From the NCBI GenBank assembly GCA_041601615.1, contig JBFIHX010000022.1, forward strand, positions 1 to 14,974: a stretch of DNA of 14,974 nucleotides, read 5' to 3'. Each line of letters starts with the position of its first letter. The stretch's first letter is position 1. The notes beneath the pieces are model-generated. The model saw only the letters and a list, made by a program, of their open reading frames with translations, did no database searches and was not told where the DNA came from. Below, one piece after another: positions 6,745-13,755 of this stretch. The translations under genes were made by a program, and so were the position numbers. This stretch comes from Thermoplasmatota archaeon. GTDB lineage: Archaea; Thermoplasmatota; E2; JACPAO01; JAHFTW01.

Positions 6745-7878
6745 ATGGACGCAGTGGTGCTTGCGGGTGGTCGAGGCAGTCGCATGATGCCGCTCACCAT
6801 CGACCGCCCCAAGAGCCTCCTCGTTGCCGCCGGCCGCCCCGTCATCGACCCACTGCTCGAAGCCTTGCGCGACGGCGGCGCCCAAGCGGTCACGGTCGTC
6901 GTAGGGCACGGACACGAAGCACTCCAAGGCTACCTCGGAAACGGCGCCCGCCACGGGCTGCAACTCGACTACGTCCACCAGCCCCGCCCCGCCGGCCCCG
7001 CCGACGCCTTGCGCCGCGTTCCCCTCGAAGAGGCCCCCGAATTCGTTCCCGTGCTGCCCGCAGACGGCTGGATGCACCCGAAACTAGTGGCAAAATTGCT
7101 CGACGCAACCGGCCCCACCGCCGTGCGCGCCACCGACGGATTTCAGCCACGCCACGGCATCCCCACCATCAAAGCCGGCCGCATCACACACGTCCAAGAA
7201 CCACCAAGCGGCACCGAACGACCCGCAGCACTCGCCGGAGCGTACCGCCTACCACGTCGCCTCCTGGCGTCCCTGCCTGCCGATGACTACGGCCTGCGCG
7301 GCGCCCTGAACGCAGACATCGACGAACACGGCGCCTGGGCCTGCCTGGACGCCCGCCGCTCCGACGTAGCCGACCTCGTCTCGGGGCCGGACCTCGTGGA
7401 ACTCAACAGCCGCCTCATGCCCCAACTCAAGGACAACCGCCAAGGCACCATCCACCCCAGCGCCGTCCTAGAAGGCGCCATTCGCCTCGGCCCCCACAGC
7501 AGCATCGGGCCCGGCGCCATCCTGCAAGGCCCCGTCGCCCTCGGCGACCACTGCCACATCGGCGCCGGCGCCATCCTTGGGCCTGGCACCAGCACCCGCA
7601 ACCACGTCCGCATCGGCGCCGCCGCAGTGCTCACCGACTGCGCCCTCGCCAGCAATGTCCACATCGGCGCCCAAAGCCAAGTGGAACGCGCATATCTTGC
7701 CAATGGCGCCCGCCTCGGCCGCCGCGTGCTCTGCGCCGGCACCGAAGCCGTCATCGTGGGTCCCGATGCCCTCGTGGAAGACGGCGCAGTGCTGCTCGAC
7801 GGCACCTTAGGCCACAACGCCCGTGTTTCCGCCGGCCGCACCGTACGCGATGTCCCCGATCATGGAGTGGCAGTCTAA
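6745..7878 (+). CDS. Sugar-phosphate nucleotidyltransferase with hexapeptide-repeat (left-handed beta-helix) domain; divergent GlmU-like paralogue
   Basis: MDAVVLAGGRGSRMMPLTIDRPKSLL matches the LAxGxGxRxxPLT...PK signature. YVHQ motif and IG-x4 hexapeptide repeats are present. It lacks the HxxYVGDS/NLGxGT acetyltransferase motifs. Confidence 0.85.
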   Translation: MDAVVLAGGRGSRMMPLTIDRPKSLLVAAGRPVIDPLLEALRDGGAQAVTVVVGHGHEALQGYLGNGARHGLQLDYVHQPRPAGPADALRRVPLEEAPEFVPVLPADGWMHPKLVAKLLDATGPTAVRATDGFQPRHGIPTIKAGRITHVQEPPSGTERPAALAGAYRLPRRLLASLPADDYGLRGALNADIDEHGAWACLDARRSDVADLVSGPDLVELNSRLMPQLKDNRQGTIHPSAVLEGAIRLGPHSSIGPGAILQGPVALGDHCHIGAGAILGPGTSTRNHVRIGAAAVLTDCALASNVHIGAQSQVERAYLANGARLGRRVLCAGTEAVIVGPDALVEDGAVLLDGTLGHNARVSAGRTVRDVPDHGVAV

Positions 7879-9677
7879 TGTGCGGCATCGTAGGCGTTCA
7901 CGGCATTCCCGGCGCAGCCCGGCACACGCACAAAGCCCTCGAACGACTCGAGTACCGAGGCTATGACTCCGTGGGCATCGCCTGGAACGAACACGGCGCC
8001 GTCGATGTAGCCAAAGCCACCGGCCGCGTCGCCAGCCTCGAACATTCCGCCCCCGGCAGCGAAACCGTCGCCATCGGCCACACACGCTGGGCCACCCACG
8101 GTGCCGTCACCCTCGAAAACACCCACCCACACCTAGACGCCACCGGCCAATTCGCAGTCGTCCACAACGGCACCCTTGGCGACGTCCCCGCGCTGCGACG
8201 CGCCCTAGAGGCCTCCGGCGCGGTGTTTCGCAGCGAAACCGACTCCGAGTGCATCGTCCACCTCTACGGACAAGCACGCCAAACCCAAACCCCCCTGGAA
8301 GCCCTCGCCACCGTCCTCGGCCGCATCACCGGCACCTACGCCTTCCTGATTCTGGACACGGAGGCGAACGCGGTGCTGTTTGCTCGCCACCAGACGCCCC
8401 TCGTCGCCCTGCCCACCGCAGCCGGCACGGTACTTGCAAGCGACGTGACCGCACTGCTCGACCACGGCCGCGACGTGCTGTACCTGGAAGACGGAGACCA
8501 CGGCATCGTCGACGCGGACGGCCTGCGCATGTGGAACGCCCACGGCGACCCGCGAAAACTCGCCACCACTCGCATCGACTGGACCCCAGAAGAAGCCGAA
8601 CGCAGCGGCCACGAACACTTCATGGCCAAAGAAATCCACGAAGTCCCCGCCGCCCTAAACCGCGCCCTCGGAGGACGCCTCGACAGCGCCCTAGAAATCC
8701 CCGAATCCCTCCTCGCCGACGCCCGGCGCATTGTGCTCGTTGGATGCGGCAGCAGCCTCCAAGCCGCCCGCGTCGGCGGACACCTATTCGAAGCCTGGGC
8801 CCGTCTCCCCACGCACAGCATCAACGCCAGCGAAGTCGCCTCCCGACCCGTTCTGGAACCCACGGACACCCTGTTCATATTGATGAGCCAAAGCGGCGAG
8901 ACCCGCGACATCCTCCTCGCCCTCGAACGACTCCGCGCCAGCGGCCACCCCCTGCTCGCCGTCACCAACGTCCGCGGCAGCACCCTCGAACGAACCGTCC
9001 CCAGCATGATGCTCCGCGTCGGCCCCGAAGTCGCCGTCGCCGCCACCAAAAGCTACGCCGCCCAAATCGCCTGTCTTGCCGCACTCGCCTTGCGCACGGG
9101 CGTACTCCAAGGCTCCTTGATTCCACATGAGGCAAAGGCCGTACGCGACGAACTCGAACGACTCCCCCGATACGCCGAGGCCGTTCTGCTGCAAGAATCG
9201 GCCATGCAGCCCCTGGCCCAATCCCTAGGCCGGGCCCACGACGCCTTCATTCTAGGTCGCGGCGTCCACGCTGCCACCGCCGCCGAAGCCGCCCTCAAGC
9301 TCAAAGAAATCGCCTACGTGCACGCCGAAGCATTCGACGCGGCCGAACTCAAACACGGACCCCAAGCGCTGCTTAGCTCCGAGACTCCATGCCTGTTTTT
9401 CTTGGGAGACGACGAAGACGCCGCCAAAACCCTGCACAACCTCATGGAAGTGCGCGCCCGTGGCGCCCCCGTCCACGTCATCCGCACCGCCGGGCCATCG
9501 CTCGAAGACCTCGACGGCGTCTGCGAAACCGTCACAGTCCTCGAAGCACCCGCCGGGCCGCTTGCCGCCGTCGTACATGGGCTGGCCTCGCAACTGGTGG
9601 CGTACCACGCTGCCCTTGGGCTTGGCCGCGAAATTGACCGACCTCGGCACCTGGCCAAAAGTGTCACCGTCGACTGA
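7878..9677 (+). CDS. glmS: Glutamine--fructose-6-phosphate aminotransferase (isomerizing)
   Basis: MCGIVG (catalytic Cys), LEYRGYDS, GHTRWATHG, HNG, ETDSE, SQSGET, ATKSY, EAALKLKE, ELKHGP, PRHLAKSVTV. TAATG stop/start overlap with the upstream gene. Confidence 0.98.
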   Translation: MCGIVGVHGIPGAARHTHKALERLEYRGYDSVGIAWNEHGAVDVAKATGRVASLEHSAPGSETVAIGHTRWATHGAVTLENTHPHLDATGQFAVVHNGTLGDVPALRRALEASGAVFRSETDSECIVHLYGQARQTQTPLEALATVLGRITGTYAFLILDTEANAVLFARHQTPLVALPTAAGTVLASDVTALLDHGRDVLYLEDGDHGIVDADGLRMWNAHGDPRKLATTRIDWTPEEAERSGHEHFMAKEIHEVPAALNRALGGRLDSALEIPESLLADARRIVLVGCGSSLQAARVGGHLFEAWARLPTHSINASEVASRPVLEPTDTLFILMSQSGETRDILLALERLRASGHPLLAVTNVRGSTLERTVPSMMLRVGPEVAVAATKSYAAQIACLAALALRTGVLQGSLIPHEAKAVRDELERLPRYAEAVLLQESAMQPLAQSLGRAHDAFILGRGVHAATAAEAALKLKEIAYVHAEAFDAAELKHGPQALLSSETPCLFFLGDDEDAAKTLHNLMEVRARGAPVHVIRTAGPSLEDLDGVCETVTVLEAPAGPLAAVVHGLASQLVAYHAALGLGREIDRPRHLAKSVTVD

Positions 9678-9797
9678 CTCCACACGACCTCCCACCCAAT
9701 CCCTCCCGGCCCCAAGACGGCCTCCCACGGGCTCTACGCCTGCCGACACCGAAGGGATTCGCTTATGTTGGGGGGCCATAGTTTCCCTTGAGACCGG

Positions 9798-11180
9798 ATG
9801 CCGAGTGACAACCCGGTGGCCAAACGCAATGCGCTCGTCATTCCCGGCGGGTTGGTGCTGTGCTATTGCGTCCTAGCCATCCTGTACGCCGAACTCGTGC
9901 GCAGCGACGACACGCTGTGCCACGACGGAGGCCAAGTGCTCATCCGCAACGTGTGCTACAACGTCTGGAAGCTCATGCTTCCGCTGATTCTCATCGCGTC
10001 CGGCGTCCTGCTTGGCGGAGCGCTCGGATTCCGCACGCGCCGCACCGGCCCCACGGCGGGCTTGTACCACGGCAGCGGCTCCCACTTCACCCTCGCGCTG
10101 CTTGCCAGCTTCGTCGCCGTGCCACTCCTGGGCCTCGTTGCGCAAATCCTTCGCGAACGGTCCCTTGGCACGGTGTTCGTCATCCACGCCTACGGCATCG
10201 CATTCCAACACACCTTCCTCCTAGCCGTCGCCATCCTCATCGGAGCCGCCGCGTTCCTTCCCTACCTTGCCCTCTACATACACCAAGACCGACGGCGCCG
10301 CCGCTTCCTGGACGTAGCACAATTGCCACGCGCCGAGACCGTGCTGCGGGTCCAAGAGCCACCCGCCGACGAAGGCGATGGCATGTGGGCGCCACTGGAG
10401 GAAGAATGGGACGGCGAAGAACCATGGGACGGCGATGAACAACCGGCGACGCCGCGCATCGAAATCCCCACCAACGCCGACGTGACCGAAATCGTCAACG
10501 ACGAACCCGCCGAGGCGCCGCCAGGGGTCGACGAACCCACCGAAACGCCTCCGCAGGAACCCAAGCCAGAACCCTCAGGTGGATTCATGGCCGCCGTGCA
10601 GGCCCGGGAGGAAGCAGCCAAGGCACGCCAGCAAGCCGAGGCCGAAGCCGCTGCACAAGCCGAGGCGGAGGCCGAAGCCGAACCCCCGGCCGCAAAAACC
10701 CCAGGCCCGGGACCCGACGTGCACACCGAAGTGGACCGAATGCACGAGCGCGAACACACCGCCGCGCCCGAACCATACCACGACTACCCAGGCATCAAGC
10801 GCCCCATCACCGACCTGCCCGGCATCGACCGCGATATTGCAACCCTCCTTGCCCACGCAGGCGTTCGCTCCACCGCAGGCCTACGCCGCCGCACCGACCA
10901 CGAACTTGCCCGCGCCGCCAGCGTGCCCGCCAGCCGCGTCCGTGACTGGAAAGCGACCGCCGAACTGCTCTGTGTCACCGGCATCGGCCCCTCCTTTGCC
11001 CTCGCCCTCGTCGAATCAGGCGTACAAGGAATCGAAGACCTGCGCAAACTCACCCTCGACGACCTTCTCGACCGGCTCGGCCCCGATCGTCCCACCAGCA
11101 TCACACCCAAACGCCTCCAAGCGTGGCAAGACGCGGCGCGGGGGCTTCACCGCGTCCGCCAGCCCACGCCAGAGTCATAG
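9798..11180 (+). CDS. Membrane protein: 4-TM domain, acidic/Pro/Ala low-complexity linker and C-terminal tandem helix-hairpin-helix (DUF4332-like) domain
   Basis: The N-terminal ~170 aa are paralogous to 6115..6681. The linker is rich in E/D/P/A. Two HhH motifs, ITDLPGIDRDIATLLAHAGV and LLCVTGIGPSFALALVESGV, are each followed by an R-x-x-x-W helix (RVRDW, RLQAW). Confidence 0.85.
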   Translation: MPSDNPVAKRNALVIPGGLVLCYCVLAILYAELVRSDDTLCHDGGQVLIRNVCYNVWKLMLPLILIASGVLLGGALGFRTRRTGPTAGLYHGSGSHFTLALLASFVAVPLLGLVAQILRERSLGTVFVIHAYGIAFQHTFLLAVAILIGAAAFLPYLALYIHQDRRRRRFLDVAQLPRAETVLRVQEPPADEGDGMWAPLEEEWDGEEPWDGDEQPATPRIEIPTNADVTEIVNDEPAEAPPGVDEPTETPPQEPKPEPSGGFMAAVQAREEAAKARQQAEAEAAAQAEAEAEAEPPAAKTPGPGPDVHTEVDRMHEREHTAAPEPYHDYPGIKRPITDLPGIDRDIATLLAHAGVRSTAGLRRRTDHELARAASVPASRVRDWKATAELLCVTGIGPSFALALVESGVQGIEDLRKLTLDDLLDRLGPDRPTSITPKRLQAWQDAARGLHRVRQPTPES

Positions 11181-11181
11181 G

Positions 11182-11198
11182 CCCCCTTTATCGGGGGG
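11182..11198 (+). promoter_or_regulatory. TATA-like box in the loop of a C5/G5 inverted repeat upstream of tatA
   Basis: CCCCC-TTTATC-GGGGGG, with TTTATC about 27-32 nt before the ATG at 11219. Confidence 0.45.
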
Positions 11199-11218
11199 TC
11201 GAACGTGCCGCGATTTGG

Positions 11219-11512
11219 ATGGTCCTGGGTCTTAGCACCGAACTCGTCGTGGTCATCGCCCTCATGGTTCTGCTTTTTGGGGGCACCCAAATTCCAAAAC
11301 TCGCACGCTCACTTGGACGTGCACGCGGCGAATTCCAGAAGAGCAAGTCCGAATTTGAACGAGAAATGGGCGCCGGCGAAAAGGAAGCGCAAGCCGCTTC
11401 TGAATCACGCGTCGATGAGAACATCCGCAAGACCGCCCGAGACCTCGGGATCCCCGTCGAGGGTCGCTCCATTGCGGACATCAAGCTCGATCTTAACGAG
11501 AAGTTGAGCTGA
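11219..11512 (+). CDS. tatA: Twin-arginine translocase TatA/E family subunit
   Basis: Start re-called to the ATG at 11219: MVLGLSTELVVVIALMVLLFGGTQIPKLARSLGRARGEFQK, i.e. E-TM-LLFG hinge, then xPxLARSLGR...EF amphipathic helix. Confidence 0.95.
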   Translation: MVLGLSTELVVVIALMVLLFGGTQIPKLARSLGRARGEFQKSKSEFEREMGAGEKEAQAASESRVDENIRKTARDLGIPVEGRSIADIKLDLNEKLS

Positions 11513-12389
11513 TTTCGGTCGATTTTGCCAAGGCCCGGCGCTCGGCGACCATGGCCGCGACGATTCCCAATCCATACAAGCCCAGCAGCGGCAACGCCAC
11601 CAGCACCTGACTGATTACGGTGGGGTCCGTGACAAGCGCTGCAACCACGAAAATCGCAATCGTGGCATGGCGCCATTTGCTCGTCCAGGTTGCGGCCTCC
11701 ACGAGGCCCACGCGGCTCAATGCGTACATCACGACCGGAGTCTGAAACGCAGCACCAAACACCAACAACAGGCTGACGCTGAAACTCACCAATTCGGAGA
11801 TCTCCAGCAGCGGCTGCGCGCCCAGCGCCGTACCGTAGCCGTACAGCGTGCCGAACATGAACGGCAAAACGTAGGCGTAGCAAAACGACACGCCCGCCGC
11901 AAACAAGAGCAGCATCGGCAGAAACGCAGAGCGCAACGCCCGACGCTCTTGGGGTTTGAGTGCCGGAAGCAAAAAGCCACCCAATTGCCCAACCGTGATC
12001 GGCAGCGTCAGAATCGCCGCGATGCCAAACGCGATCGCCAACTCCGCCATGAATCCGTCCAACGGCCGCACTTGCACCAAAGTCACACCAGTGGGGACCA
12101 GGTCCGAGGCAAGTCGATGAAACGCCTGTGCTGCTAGGTTGTCATGGAGCGCCGGCACCGGATACCAAGATCCGCGGTCCCATCGGAAGCTGAACACGAA
12201 CGCCGACGCACCCAGCAGCGCCGCCATGCTCACAAGCAGCCGCCGCCGCAAATCATCCAAGTGCTGCGTCCAGTGCATGCTGGGCGAACTCGCACCTGGC
12301 CGTCCGGCGCCACGCAAGACGAGCACCGCAACCACAGCCACGAACACGACCACGCCGGCTCGAAGCCAGGTCTGCGCCGCGACCACCAT
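11493..12389 (-). CDS. tatC: Twin-arginine translocase subunit TatC
   Basis: HLDDLRRRL, FLLPALKPQERR, LFAAGVSFCY, FGAAFQTP, KWRHATIAIFVVAALVTDPTVISQ, PLLGLY. Start at ATG 12389 or 12278; the ORF-track start of 12812 overlaps glmU and is rejected. Confidence 0.93.
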   Translation of the reverse strand: MVVAAQTWLRAGVVVFVAVVAVLVLRGAGRPGASSPSMHWTQHLDDLRRRLLVSMAALLGASAFVFSFRWDRGSWYPVPALHDNLAAQAFHRLASDLVPTGVTLVQVRPLDGFMAELAIAFGIAAILTLPITVGQLGGFLLPALKPQERRALRSAFLPMLLLFAAGVSFCYAYVLPFMFGTLYGYGTALGAQPLLEISELVSFSVSLLLVFGAAFQTPVVMYALSRVGLVEAATWTSKWRHATIAIFVVAALVTDPTVISQVLVALPLLGLYGLGIVAAMVAERRALAKSTEISSTSR

Positions 12390-12465
12390 TGATCCGGCTA
12401 CACGGACCTTGCCTTTGACGGTTTCCGGGCGGCGGCCTCTTGAAGCCCCCCGGCCCTGGCACCTC

Positions 12466-13710
12466 GTGGACGCCATCGTGCTGGCTGCCGGCCGAGGTGC
12501 GCGCATGTCGCCTCTCTGCACGCGCTTGCCCAAGCCCCTGCTCCCCGTCGCCGGCCGCACCCTCCTGCACCGCATGTTCGAAGGCCTCGCCGCAGCTGGA
12601 GTCACTCGCGTCGTGCTCGTGGTGGAACACCTGGCAGAGAGCGTGGAAACCGAAGCGCAGCGCGTGGCGCCCGAGCTCGGCCTAGAAGTGGTCGTGGTGC
12701 GCCAAGGCGAAGCCAAAGGAACGGGACACGCTGTGGCCATGGGTGCTACACAAGTCTCCGGCGATGCGCTCGTGGCCGTGGCCGACTGCCTCGTGCACCC
12801 AGACACCCTCAAGGCGCTCGCTGCGGCATCCGGGTTTCAAGTCGCCGTCGCCACGGTGGCAGACCCAAGCCGCTACGGAGTGCTCCAACTGGACGGCAAT
12901 CGCGTCACTGGGTTGCAAGAGAAACCGGAGCGAAGCACCGCCGACTCCAACACCATCAACACGGGATTGTATCGAATGCCGGCCGAAGCCCTCGCCGCCT
13001 GTGCCGCAATCACCCCTTCGCCACGGGGAGAACTGGAACTGACCGACGTACTTGCCGCATGGGCCCAACAGGGACGAGTCCAGGCAGTGCAGGCAGAAGG
13101 ATGGCTCGACGTGGGCAACCCCTGGGACTACCTCGCCGCCCATGAAGCCCTCTTGCCCGCGGAACTCGCCCACATGCTCCACGAAAACGCCCACGGCGGC
13201 GGCGGACACGTAGAACCGGGCGTCGTGGTCCACGGACGCCTCTGGGTCGAACCCGGCGCCACCGTGCGCTCCGGCACCTACATCCAAGGTGATGTGTACG
13301 TTTCTGCGGGCGCCGACGTGGGGCCCAACGCCTACCTTCGAGGAGCCGTCTACATTGGCCCCGGTGCCCGCATCGGCGGCGCGACCGAAGTCAAAAACAG
13401 CATCCTCTTGGCTGGCGCAAAAGCACCGCACCACAACTACGTCGGCGATTCACTCCTGGGCCACGACTGCAATTTGGGATCCGGCACGAAAATTGCCAAC
13501 CTCAAGCTAAGCGACGCCACCGTGCGCGTGGATTGGGATGGTTTCATTGTCGACACCGGCCGCCGCAAATTTGGAGCCGTGATCGGCGACGGGGTGCGCA
13601 CAGGCATCAACGCCAGCCTCCTTCCTGGCACCGTCCTTGGAGCAGGGGTCTGGGTCGGAGCGGGCAAGACCGTGGGAAGCTGGGTGGCGGCGGGTGCAAA
13701 ACTTCTGTGA
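12466..13710 (+). CDS. glmU: Archaeal bifunctional UDP-GlcNAc pyrophosphorylase / glucosamine-1-phosphate N-acetyltransferase
   Basis: Start re-called to the GTG at 12466 (MDAIVLAAGRGARMSPL...PKPLL). Motifs GTGHAV, YGV, EKP, INTGLY, SPRGELELTD, WLDVGNPWD, GPNAYLR, EVKNS, HHNYVGDS, NLGSGTKIANL, TGRRKFGAVIGD, TGIN. Confidence 0.93.
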   Translation: MDAIVLAAGRGARMSPLCTRLPKPLLPVAGRTLLHRMFEGLAAAGVTRVVLVVEHLAESVETEAQRVAPELGLEVVVVRQGEAKGTGHAVAMGATQVSGDALVAVADCLVHPDTLKALAAASGFQVAVATVADPSRYGVLQLDGNRVTGLQEKPERSTADSNTINTGLYRMPAEALAACAAITPSPRGELELTDVLAAWAQQGRVQAVQAEGWLDVGNPWDYLAAHEALLPAELAHMLHENAHGGGGHVEPGVVVHGRLWVEPGATVRSGTYIQGDVYVSAGADVGPNAYLRGAVYIGPGARIGGATEVKNSILLAGAKAPHHNYVGDSLLGHDCNLGSGTKIANLKLSDATVRVDWDGFIVDTGRRKFGAVIGDGVRTGINASLLPGTVLGAGVWVGAGKTVGSWVAAGAKLL

Positions 13711-13755
13711 ATTCTCATCAACAATGCTCATACAGACCACACTTCTTCAGGAGCT

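Noticed and set aside
7700-7878. glmS ribozyme upstream of glmS
   Set aside because: There is no 5' UTR; glmS overlaps the upstream stop codon (TAATG).
10288-10312. DRRRRRFL as an internal twin-arginine signal next to tatAC (also the Arg-rich N-termini at 5961 and 6115)
   Set aside because: No hydrophobic segment follows it, the paralogues do not share the RR pair, and positive-inside topology explains these clusters.
12139-12812. Long overlapping 5' extensions of glmU (from 12139) and tatC (from 12812)
   Set aside because: These are mutual antisense read-through in GC-rich DNA. Family motifs begin at 12466 (+) and at or below 12389 (-), leaving a 76-bp divergent gap.
13749-13753. AGGAG Shine-Dalgarno-like site before the PGI/PMI gene
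   Set aside because: Only 2 nt from the ATG, too close to function, and other genes here lack SD sites.
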